Assembly (NCBI GenBank): GCA_963775425.1
Contig: CAVZJB010000012.1
Span: 192,001-256,000, forward strand
Source: an uncultured delta proteobacterium
GTDB lineage: Bacteria; Myxococcota; UBA727; VGSZ01
Direction of reading: 5' to 3'
Length of the DNA stretch: 64,000 nt
Below the pieces are notes generated by a model. That model did no database searches, was not told the DNA's origin, and was given only the letters and a program-made list of their open reading frames with translations. Both the position numbers and the translations under genes were made by a program. Each line of letters opens with the position of its first letter. Position 1 is the first letter of the stretch. Positions 38,303 to 46,665 of the stretch are shown piece after piece.

Positions 38303-39430
38303 CTAGAACCAGGCGGTGGCGCCGACGGTGAGGGTGTCCTGCGACAAGGCGTTCGGCGTGACGTCGTCGCGGACCTCGCCGCGGAAATAGGTGGGCGCGT
38401 CGGCGAGGTCATGGCGATACTCGAGACGAAAGGACACGCCGTCCGCGGGCTGGTAGTCGAGCGTGGCCGTGCCGGAGCCGACGCGCGTGCCCGGCCAGAA
38501 GATGTGCGACGCTTCGCCCTCGGCGTTCTTTGCCGGCTGCTCGGCGAACCCGTCGACCCGCGCGGCGACGAAGAGCTCCGGCAGGACCTGCGCCCGAGCG
38601 GCGACGGCGCCGGCGAGCCACGTGGTCTGCCCGAACGCGTTCGACTCGAGCCCCGCGTCGGAGTGCGCGAGCAGCGACAGCCGATCGAACGCCGACCAGA
38701 CGACGTAGACGTCGCCGATGTTGCGCCACGACCCGTCGCCTTCGGGCGCGCCCTTCGCCCGCTCCGGCCCGCCGTAATAGATGGCCTGGCCCGAGAGCGT
38801 GTCGCCCGCGTAGGAGACGGCGAGCGCGAACGACTTGCCGTCGTTGTTGTCGACGATGTCGTTGATGCCGTTTGTCACCATCAGCATGGTCGACCAGTGG
38901 TCGTCGATGGAGAGCGTGGCCTGCGCGCCCGCGTGGTAGACGGGCAGCGCGAACCAGACGTCCGAGCGCGACCAATTCCAGTTGTCCTTGACGGCGATGC
39001 CCTCGGGGCCGATGGGCGAGAGGAAGACGCCGCCCTTGACGACGAGCCCCGAGAGCACGGGGAAGCGGTAGCCCACGTTCGCCTGCTGGAGGAAGCGGAA
39101 CAGCCCGCCGTCGGTCGGCGCGACGCCGCCGGCGCCGGGCGCGGCGGTCTCGGCGGCGTACGACGATGCGCCGACGGCTCCGACCTGCAGCGCCACGACG
39201 CCGACGACATCAACCACGTCCCAGCTCGCCTGGAGCTCCGCGTTCTGCAAGGTGATCGAGTTGTGGCGATTGTCGAAGGCGCGGAAAGCCGTGATCCCGT
39301 TCGACGGCATGTTGAAATTCCACTGGTAGTACGCCTCGGCGTATCCGTTCAGGGTGAACGGCGGCGCTCTCCCCTCGTCGCAGGCTGAGGTGGCGGCAAC
39401 GCTCGAGAGGAAGAGGGCGGGGGCGAGCAT
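38303..39430 (-). CDS. Outer-membrane beta-barrel porin (OmpL/BBP2-like)
   Basis: Signal peptide, LNGYAEAYYQWNFN, FLQQANVGY, GVFLSPIGPE..DNWNWSRS, RLEYRHD, C-terminal Phe. Confidence 0.85.
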   Translation of the reverse strand: MLAPALFLSSVAATSACDEGRAPPFTLNGYAEAYYQWNFNMPSNGITAFRAFDNRHNSITLQNAELQASWDVVDVVGVVALQVGAVGASSYAAETAAPGAGGVAPTDGGLFRFLQQANVGYRFPVLSGLVVKGGVFLSPIGPEGIAVKDNWNWSRSDVWFALPVYHAGAQATLSIDDHWSTMLMVTNGINDIVDNNDGKSFALAVSYAGDTLSGQAIYYGGPERAKGAPEGDGSWRNIGDVYVVWSAFDRLSLLAHSDAGLESNAFGQTTWLAGAVAARAQVLPELFVAARVDGFAEQPAKNAEGEASHIFWPGTRVGSGTATLDYQPADGVSFRLEYRHDLADAPTYFRGEVRDDVTPNALSQDTLTVGATAWF

Positions 39431-39816
39431 TCGATCTCCGTGGCAGCGTGACGAACGAATACCCGCAAGGGCGTCAACGAAGATTCAAACCGCGTGGGCC
39501 GCGCGCTGCGTCGGTTCAACGTGAGCGTCGGATCGCGGCCGGGCGACGCGGAGGTGCTGGGGCTCGCCCCTGCCGTGCGCGCCTTCAAGCCCTCACGTGC
39601 GCTGCGCTCGCGCCTCGAGCCAATCTGCAGAAGGCCGGCGATGCCGCAGAGAGCGAACAGCCCGCCGACGCTCGAGGCGACGCCCAAGCCCCGGCGCGCG
39701 GCGATCTCCACGGCGACGGGAACCATGCCGACGACGAGGAGCATGGTGAAGACACCGATGGGGAAGGAGCGGCGCGCGCACCCGGGCGGTACGGTCGAAA
39801 CAGGCGGCACGCTCAC
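39349..39816 (-). CDS. Possible small 2-TM membrane protein
   Basis: Hydrophobic FPIGVFTMLLVVGMVPVAV and LGVASSVGGLFALCGIAGLL; the 3' tail overlaps the porin start, so boundaries are doubtful. Confidence 0.35.
   Translation of the reverse strand: MSVPPVSTVPPGCARRSFPIGVFTMLLVVGMVPVAVEIAARRGLGVASSVGGLFALCGIAGLLQIGSRRERSAREGLKARTAGASPSTSASPGRDPTLTLNRRSARPTRFESSLTPLRVFVRHAATEIECSPPPSSSRALPPPQPATRGERRRSP
39474..39488 (-). promoter_or_regulatory. Putative KdpE box upstream of the porin-kdp operon
   Basis: TCAA at 39474 and 39485 (11-bp period). Confidence 0.5.
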
Positions 39817-39916
39817 TCAGGAGACGCTACGGCGCATCCGATCAAGGAAGGTTCAAGACCGTGCCGTCGAGTGATCGAACCGGGCGGGCTCACGAGAGGC
39901 GGTCCTGCGCGAGCCG

Positions 39917-41866
39917 TCAGAGGTCGATCTGGGCGCCGATCTCGATCACTTGCGTGTGGGGGATGCGGAAGTAGCGGTCGGCGTTCACGGCGTTCCTCGA
40001 CAGGAAACCGAAGAGGCTCTCGAGCATGGTGCCCATCTGGCCGCCGGGGTTGGCGAGGATGCGCTCGCGGGCGAGGTAATACGTGACTTCGTCGAGGTCG
40101 AGGTCGAGCACGCGCCTGCGCACGGCGAGGTCGATGGCCTTGGGGACGTTCGGCTGCTGCATGAAGCCGTAGTACACGTGCATGCGCCAGAAGCCGTGCC
40201 CGAGCTCTTCCACGTCGAGGCGGTCGCGGTTCTCCACCGCCGGCGTCTCCGTCGTCACCACGGTGAGGAGGACGATGGTCTTGTGCAGCGAACGGGTCCG
40301 CTCCACGAGGTGCACGAGGATGGGCGGGACGCCCTGGTCCGCCGACGCCATGAACACGCCCACGCCGTCCACGCGCCGGGACACCTTGGCCGCGATGATC
40401 TGCCACGCGTCCTCGAACGACGGATAGCGCGTGGAGTACACCGCCGCCACCAGCCGCCGGCCCTCGTGCCACACGAGCATCACGACGACGACGGCGGCGC
40501 CCATCAACAGGGGCACGTAGCCGCCGTCCTCGACCTTCACCAGGTTGGCCGCGATGAAGGGGATGTCGAACGCCGCGAACAGCAGCAGCAGCGCCAGCGC
40601 GCGGGGCTTGCGCCAGCCGCGTTGGGTGATGAGCACGACGGTGTAGACGATCGACGTGATGATCATGGTGAGGCTCACCGCGATGCCGTACGCCGACGCC
40701 AGGCGCGTCGACTCGCGGAACCCGAGCACGAGCAGGATGCAGGCGACGGCGACGAGCGCGTTTATCTCCGGGATGTAGATCTGCCCCTCCTGCTCGCCCG
40801 CGGTGTGCTTGATGGTCACGCGCGGGAAGAACCCGAGCTGCATGGCCTGACGGGTGAGGGAGAAGGAGCCCGAGATCATCGCCTGCGACGCGATGATGGT
40901 GGCCATGCTCGCGAGGATGACGAGGGCGAACGTGGCCGGGCCGGTGGGCACCAGGTGGAAGAACGGGTTCACCGCCGCCGACGGGTCACGGATGATGAGC
41001 GCGCCCTGCCCGAAGTACGACAGGAGGAGCGCGGGCATCACGAGGAAGAACCACGCGCGGCGGATGGCCCCGGCGCCGAAGTGGCCCATGTCGGCGTACA
41101 GCGCTTCGCCGCCGGTGACGGCGAGGAAGACGGAGCCGAGGATAAAGAACCCATGCGCCCCGTGCGACGCGAAGTACTCCACCGCGTAGTGCGGCGACGC
41201 CGCCACGAGGACCTCCGGGCGGTGCGCGATGTGGAAGACACCGAGCGCCGCCAACGTGGTGAACCACACGATCATCACGGGGCCGAAGAGCTTGCCGATG
41301 AGCGCCGTGCCGCGGCTCTGGATGCCGAAGAGAGCGACCAGGATCACGAGCGCGATGGGCAGGACGAAGTGCAGGAGCTCCGGCTTGGCCACCGTCAAGC
41401 CTTCGACGGCGGCGAGCACCGAGATGGCAGGGGTGATGGCGCCGTCGCCGTACAACAGCGCCGCGGCGATCACCACGAGCACGGCGACCAGCGACAGCGG
41501 CTTGCCTGCCGGGGCGCGGAGTCGCTCGGGCACGAGGGCGAGCAGCGCGAAGATGCCGCCCTCGCCCTTGTTGTCGGCGCGCATGATGAACACGAGGTAC
41601 TTCACGGTCACGACCATCACGAGCGACCAGAAGATCATGCTCAGGATCTGCATCACCTCCACCGGCGCCGCCTTGGTGACGTCGTCGGGCGCTACGTGCA
41701 GGAGGCACTCGTGGATGGTGTACAGCGGGCTGGTGCCGATGTCGCCGTAGACGACGCCGAGGGCGCCGAGCATCAGCGCGAAGATCCGCCTGTCCGGCGC
41801 GGCGCGGACGTCGGGGCGCTCGTCGGTCGCGCCGTGGAGCGGAGCAGCGGAGGTGTCGCTCGGCAT
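39917..41866 (-). CDS. kup: KUP/HAK/KT potassium transporter
   Basis: GVVYGDIGTSPLY, ADNKGEGG, YGDGAITPAISV, TGGEALYADMGHF, GQIYIPEIN; start 41866 or 41878. Confidence 0.97.
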   Translation of the reverse strand: MPSDTSAAPLHGATDERPDVRAAPDRRIFALMLGALGVVYGDIGTSPLYTIHECLLHVAPDDVTKAAPVEVMQILSMIFWSLVMVVTVKYLVFIMRADNKGEGGIFALLALVPERLRAPAGKPLSLVAVLVVIAAALLYGDGAITPAISVLAAVEGLTVAKPELLHFVLPIALVILVALFGIQSRGTALIGKLFGPVMIVWFTTLAALGVFHIAHRPEVLVAASPHYAVEYFASHGAHGFFILGSVFLAVTGGEALYADMGHFGAGAIRRAWFFLVMPALLLSYFGQGALIIRDPSAAVNPFFHLVPTGPATFALVILASMATIIASQAMISGSFSLTRQAMQLGFFPRVTIKHTAGEQEGQIYIPEINALVAVACILLVLGFRESTRLASAYGIAVSLTMIITSIVYTVVLITQRGWRKPRALALLLLFAAFDIPFIAANLVKVEDGGYVPLLMGAAVVVVMLVWHEGRRLVAAVYSTRYPSFEDAWQIIAAKVSRRVDGVGVFMASADQGVPPILVHLVERTRSLHKTIVLLTVVTTETPAVENRDRLDVEELGHGFWRMHVYYGFMQQPNVPKAIDLAVRRRVLDLDLDEVTYYLARERILANPGGQMGTMLESLFGFLSRNAVNADRYFRIPHTQVIEIGAQIDL

Positions 41867-41928
41867 GGCGGCGACCATGCTGCGGGCGGTCGCGGTCGTC
41901 GAACGATGACGACGTCGAACGCGCGACT

Positions 41929-41978
41929 TTGATCTTTCCTTGATGCCGTCGGCGCGCGTCTTGACGCGCCGCTGATGC
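41929..41978. promoter_or_regulatory. Phased TTGA repeats (putative KdpE sites)
   Basis: TTGA 41929, TTGATGC 41940, TTGACGC 41961, CTGATGC 41972 (spacing 11/21/11). Confidence 0.6.
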
Positions 41979-42683
41979 TCACACGCGCATGCGGTAGCCG
42001 ACGCCGGGCTCGGTGATGAGGAAGCTCGGGCGCGTGGCGTCGCGTTCGAGCTTCTTGCGCAGCTCCGCCATCTGCACGCGCACGTAGTGCGTCTGCTCGA
42101 CGGCGCCCGGGCCCCACACCTCCTTCAAGATCAGCCGGTGCGTGAGCACCTTGCCGGCGTGCCGGGCGAGCAACGCGAGGAGCTTGTACTCGGTGGGCGT
42201 GAGGTGGACCTCGCAGCCGTCGTGGGTCACGACGCGCGACGCGAGGTCGATGCGCACGCCGCCGCTCTCCACCACCTGCGGCGGCGACGGGCCGGATGCC
42301 GCGGCGGCGTGCCGCAGCGCCACGCGAATGCGCGCGAGCAGCTCGCCGGTGCCGAACGGTTTGGTCAGGTAGTCGTCGGCGCCCGCGTCGAGCGCCGTGA
42401 CCTTGTCCTCTTCGCGGCCGCGCGCGGACAGCACGATGATGGGCGCTTTGCACCACTCGCGCAGGCGGCGCGTGACGTCGAGCCCGTCGCCGTCGGGGAG
42501 CCCGAGGTCGAGGAGCACGACGTCGGGGTTGTGGCCGGGAGCGAGCGACAGCGCCTCCGACGCGGTGCCCGCCTCCACCAGGCGAAAGCCGTTCGCGCCG
42601 AGCGCCGCGCGAAGGAAGCGGCGCATCTGCACCTCGTCCTCGACCACCAGCACCAGCGGTGCGTCGGCGGCGCGCGCGGTCAC
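41979..42683 (-). CDS. kdpE: Second KdpE-like response regulator
   Basis: LLDLGLPDGDG, ALDAGADDYLTKPFGTGELLARIR, ITEPGVGYR; highly similar to 30127-30813. Confidence 0.92.
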   Translation of the reverse strand: MTARAADAPLVLVVEDEVQMRRFLRAALGANGFRLVEAGTASEALSLAPGHNPDVVLLDLGLPDGDGLDVTRRLREWCKAPIIVLSARGREEDKVTALDAGADDYLTKPFGTGELLARIRVALRHAAAASGPSPPQVVESGGVRIDLASRVVTHDGCEVHLTPTEYKLLALLARHAGKVLTHRLILKEVWGPGAVEQTHYVRVQMAELRKKLERDATRPSFLITEPGVGYRMRV

Positions 42684-43888
42684 GGCGCCTCCGGCACGCC
42701 CGGGGCCTCGCCGACGGGGAGCGCGATGCGAAAGGCGGCGCCGCGCTCGCGCGCGTCCACGGCGATGCTGCCCCCGTGCGCCTCGACGATGCCCTTGGCG
42801 ATGGCGAGGCCGAGGCCGACGCCGCCGCCTTGCGCGTGCGGCCCTCGTACGAAGCGCTCGAAGACGTCGACGCCGTCGGGGATGCCGGGGCCGTCGTCGG
42901 CGACGACGACCTCCACGCCGCCGTCGCAGGGGGCCGCCGTCACCTCGATGCGCGCCGCGGGCGGCGTGTGCTTCGCGGCGTTTTCGAGGAGGTTCACCAG
43001 CACGAGCTCGAAGAGCCCCGGGTCCACGTGGACGAGCGTGGCCGCGGCGTCGATGGACGTGCTGACGGCGCGCGGTCCCAGGCGCGCCTCCGTGCGCGCG
43101 AGCGCCGAGCCGACGAGCTCCTCGAGGGGGATCCACTCGAGCTTGAGCCGCAGCGTCCCCGACTCGATGCGCGTCATGTCGAGCAGGTTGGCCACCAGCC
43201 GCTCGAGGTGGAAGCCCTCGTCCGCGATGGCCTCGAGGAGGGCGCGGCGCTCGTCGGCGGGGATGCGGCCGTCGTCGTCGCGGAGCGCGGTGGCGGCGCC
43301 GGTGATGGCGCCGAGCGGCGTGCGCAGGTCGTGCGAGACCGCGCTCAACAGCGCCGTCTTCATCTCCTCGTTTCTCGACTTCAGCGCGGCCTCGATGCCG
43401 CGACGCTTGAGCCGCTTGGCCAACGTCGACAACGTGATGCCCACGGCGAACATCATCGAGAAGGTGACGAGGTGACGCGAGCTGGCGACGAAGAAGGTGT
43501 ACAGCGGCGGGATGAACAGGAAGTCGTACGCCGCCACCGACAGCGCCGCTGCGAGCACCGCCGCGCCTTGCCCGAAGCGCAGCGCCGCGAACATGACCGC
43601 GGCGAGGTAGAGCATGACGATGTCCTCGGGCGCGAGCGTCGCCGGCGCGAGCGCGAACGAGCACGCCGTGGCGGCGACCACGAGGAGCGTGGTCCACGCG
43701 ATGTCGAGGGGCATCCGCCGCCGCACCCCGGCAGTCTCGCGATCGGACCGGCCGGTGGCAATGCCGCGGCGTCGCTCCGGGGGCCCTGCGGCGGCGCGCC
43801 GCTCCCGCGCGGTCTCGATGAGCTCGATCAGCGCCGCGAGGGAGCCGTAGAACACCACGGCGAGGACGATGGTGGCCGCTCCGGTCAT
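42680..43888 (-). CDS. Short KdpD-like sensor kinase (TM + HisKA + HATPase only)
   Basis: DIVMLYL..YDFLFIPPLYTF TM module, SAVSHDLRTPL, NLLENAAKHTP, GVGLGLAI; no N-terminal KdpD, Usp or GAF domains. Confidence 0.9.
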   Translation of the reverse strand: MTGAATIVLAVVFYGSLAALIELIETARERRAAAGPPERRRGIATGRSDRETAGVRRRMPLDIAWTTLLVVAATACSFALAPATLAPEDIVMLYLAAVMFAALRFGQGAAVLAAALSVAAYDFLFIPPLYTFFVASSRHLVTFSMMFAVGITLSTLAKRLKRRGIEAALKSRNEEMKTALLSAVSHDLRTPLGAITGAATALRDDDGRIPADERRALLEAIADEGFHLERLVANLLDMTRIESGTLRLKLEWIPLEELVGSALARTEARLGPRAVSTSIDAAATLVHVDPGLFELVLVNLLENAAKHTPPAARIEVTAAPCDGGVEVVVADDGPGIPDGVDVFERFVRGPHAQGGGVGLGLAIAKGIVEAHGGSIAVDARERGAAFRIALPVGEAPGVPEAP

Positions 43889-43909
43889 GGGCCGACGCTA
43901 GGCGCCGGC

Positions 43910-43970
43910 GCGTCAGCGCGACCTCAAAAGCCGGGCGCCGGTCATCAAGGCCGCGTCAAGGCCGCGTCGA
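43910..43970. promoter_or_regulatory. Phased TCAA repeats (putative KdpE sites)
   Basis: TCAG 43913, TCAA 43924, 43945, 43956, TCGA 43967 (spacing 11/21/11/11). Confidence 0.6.
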
Positions 43971-43975
43971 GGCGG

Positions 43976-45988
43976 TCACAGATCGATCTGCGCGCCGACC
44001 TCGATGACCTGCGTGTGCGGGATGCGGAAGTAGCGGTCGGCGTTGACGGCGTTTCGCGACAGGAAGCCGAAGAAGCTCTCGAGCACGACGCCCATCTCGC
44101 CGCCGGGCTTGGCGAGGATGCGTTCGCGCGCGAGGTAGTAGGTGAGCTCGTCGATGTCGACGTCGATGTCGCGGCGGCGCACCGCGAGGTCGAGGGCCTT
44201 CGGGACGTTCGGCTGTTGCATGAAGCCGTAATAGACGTGCACGCGCCAGAAGCCGTGGCCTATCTCGGCGACGTCGATGCGGTCGCGGTTCTCCACCACC
44301 GGCGTGTCCTTGGTGACCACGGTGAGGAGCACGATGGTCTTGTGCAGCGAGCGCGTGCGCTCCACCAGGTGCACGAGGATGGGCGGGACGCCCTGGTCCG
44401 CGGACGCCATGAACACGCCCACGCCGTCCACGCGCTGGGCGATCTTCTGCGAGATGATGGACCAGGCGTCGTCGAAAGACGGGTAGCGCGTGGAGTACAC
44501 GAGCCCCACGTTCTTCCGGCCCTCGTGCCACACCAGCATGATGGAGACCACGAACGCGCCGATGCCGAGGGGCACGTAGCCGCCGTGGGGGATCTTGAAC
44601 GCGTTGGCGACGACGAAGGGCAGGTCGAAGCACAGGAAGAGCATGATGAGCGGCAGCGCCTTGCGCGTGGGCCAGCCGCGGTTGGTGCGCAGGACGATGA
44701 AGTACACCACCGACGTGATGGTCATCGTCCCCGTCACCGCCACGCCGTACACCGACGCCATCGCCGACGACGAGCGGAACGCAAGCACCAGGCAGATGCA
44801 GATGAACCCGAGGAAGTAGTTGATCTCGGGGATGTAGATCTGGCCTTCCTGGTTCTCGGCCGTGTGCTTGATGGTGACACGCGGGAAGAAGCCCATCTGC
44901 ATCGCCTGGCGCGTCAGCGAGAACGACCCCGAGATCAAGGCCTGCGACGCGATGATGGTGGCGAAGCTCGACAGCACCACCAGCGCGTACGTGGCGCCGC
45001 CGGCGGGCACCATGCGGAAGAACGGGTTCTGGATGGCCTCGGGGTCGCGGATGATGAGCGCGCCCTGGCCGAAGTAGGACAGCACGAGCGCAGGCAGCAC
45101 GAGGAGGAGCCAGGCGCGGCGGATGGGCGGGAGCCCGAAGTGGCCCATGTCCGCGTACAGCGCCTCGCCGCCGGTGACGGCGAGGACGACCGAGCCGAGC
45201 ACGAGGCCGCCGCTCAGGCCGTGCTGCATGAAGTAGCGGATCACGTGGTGCGGCGAGAGCGCCTCGAGCACCTCCGGCGTGTGCGCCACGTGGTAGGCGC
45301 CGAGCACCGCCAGCGAGCCGAACCACAGGACCATGATGGGCCCGAAGAGCTGCCCGATGAGGTTGGTGCCGCGGCTCTGGATGGAGAACAACAACACGAG
45401 GAGCGCGAGCGTGATGGGCAAGACGAAGTGCGCGAAGCCCGGCTGCGCCACCGTGATGCCCTCCACCGCCGACAGCACCGAGATGGCGGGGGTGATGGCG
45501 CCGTCGCCGTAGAGGAAGGAGGCGCCGACGACCACGAGCACCGCCACCGCCGACAGCGGCTGCAGCGGCCCCGCGCGCAGCTTCTCCGGCACCAGGGCCA
45601 GGAGGGCCATGATGCCGCCCTCGCCCTTGTTGTCGGCGTGCATGATGAACACGAGGTACTTGATGGTGACGACGACCATCAGCGACCAGAAGATGAGGCT
45701 CAAGACGTCGAGCACGTCGCCGCGCAGCTCGGGCTGGCTCTGCGGCGCGAGGAACTTGATGCACTCGCGCAGCGTGTACAGGGGGCTCGTGCCGATGTCG
45801 CCGAAGACGACGCCGAGGGCGCCGAGCATCAGCGGCAGCATGCGCCGCTCGTGGCCGCCGTGGTGGCGCTCGCTCGGCTCGGGCGTCGGACGCGGCGGTG
45901 CCGCTGGAGGCTCGGCCGTCGGAGTTGTCGTCGTCGGGGGCGCGGCCGCGGAGGTCGATGTCGGGCCCGGTTGTGAATCACCGCCCAT
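43976..45988 (-). CDS. kup: KUP/HAK/KT potassium transporter, paralog
   Basis: GVVFGDIGTSPLY and the other Kup motifs; C-terminal domain nearly identical to the other copy. Confidence 0.97.
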   Translation of the reverse strand: MGGDSQPGPTSTSAAAPPTTTTPTAEPPAAPPRPTPEPSERHHGGHERRMLPLMLGALGVVFGDIGTSPLYTLRECIKFLAPQSQPELRGDVLDVLSLIFWSLMVVVTIKYLVFIMHADNKGEGGIMALLALVPEKLRAGPLQPLSAVAVLVVVGASFLYGDGAITPAISVLSAVEGITVAQPGFAHFVLPITLALLVLLFSIQSRGTNLIGQLFGPIMVLWFGSLAVLGAYHVAHTPEVLEALSPHHVIRYFMQHGLSGGLVLGSVVLAVTGGEALYADMGHFGLPPIRRAWLLLVLPALVLSYFGQGALIIRDPEAIQNPFFRMVPAGGATYALVVLSSFATIIASQALISGSFSLTRQAMQMGFFPRVTIKHTAENQEGQIYIPEINYFLGFICICLVLAFRSSSAMASVYGVAVTGTMTITSVVYFIVLRTNRGWPTRKALPLIMLFLCFDLPFVVANAFKIPHGGYVPLGIGAFVVSIMLVWHEGRKNVGLVYSTRYPSFDDAWSIISQKIAQRVDGVGVFMASADQGVPPILVHLVERTRSLHKTIVLLTVVTKDTPVVENRDRIDVAEIGHGFWRVHVYYGFMQQPNVPKALDLAVRRRDIDVDIDELTYYLARERILAKPGGEMGVVLESFFGFLSRNAVNADRYFRIPHTQVIEVGAQIDL

Positions 45989-46034
45989 GGCGAAGGCACA
46001 CTATCATCGGTCGGGCCCGCGCGCGGCTTTGCGG

Positions 46035-46643
46035 TCACCGAAGAGACGACAAGTCCGCCACGGTATTCAGGTTTCGGAAGGCGCCTCGATCTGCGACGGG
46101 TACGCGGGCGGGCGCCAGGGCCTCGAGGACCGCGCCCAGCCTGCGCTCGCCCGCGCGCGCCAGCCGCGCCACCGCGTCGCCCGCGGCGGCGTCGATGACC
46201 ACCGGGAGCGGCTCGAGCCGCCCCGCCAGGACGAAGCAAGCCGCGCGCGCTCCGGCGTCGTCCTCGTCGAGGGCGCGCACGAGCCGCGCGAGGTGGCCGG
46301 GCCCGATGCCGGGCATGTCCACGGCGACGACGGCGTAGCGCGCGCCGCGCCCGCTCTCGAGGAGCGCGAGCACGCCCGCCACGGGCCCCGCGCACGCCCC
46401 GGCCTCCCCCGCAGGCGCCCCGGCCGGGAGCGCGGCGTCGGGGATGCGCTCGACGTCGTCGGGGATGCCGCGGGCGTGCCCAAGCGCGACGACGTCGGCG
46501 CAGCAGGCGCGCAGCACGCGCACGGCGCGCTCCCCGAGCGTCTCGCCCGCGCCGCCGTCGCCGGGCACGGGGAGCGTCGCCTTGTCGCGCCCCATGCGAG
46601 CGCTCGCCCCGCCCGCGAGCACGGCGCCGACGAGGTCCTTCAT
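46035..46643 (-). CDS. mobA: Molybdenum cofactor guanylyltransferase
   Basis: VLAGGASARMGRDKA, GPVAGV, VAVDMP, LEPL, FRNLNT. Confidence 0.9.
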   Translation of the reverse strand: MKDLVGAVLAGGASARMGRDKATLPVPGDGGAGETLGERAVRVLRACCADVVALGHARGIPDDVERIPDAALPAGAPAGEAGACAGPVAGVLALLESGRGARYAVVAVDMPGIGPGHLARLVRALDEDDAGARAACFVLAGRLEPLPVVIDAAAGDAVARLARAGERRLGAVLEALAPARVPVADRGAFRNLNTVADLSSLR

Positions 46644-46665
46644 GCCGGCCGCCCCACCCGCTCGC

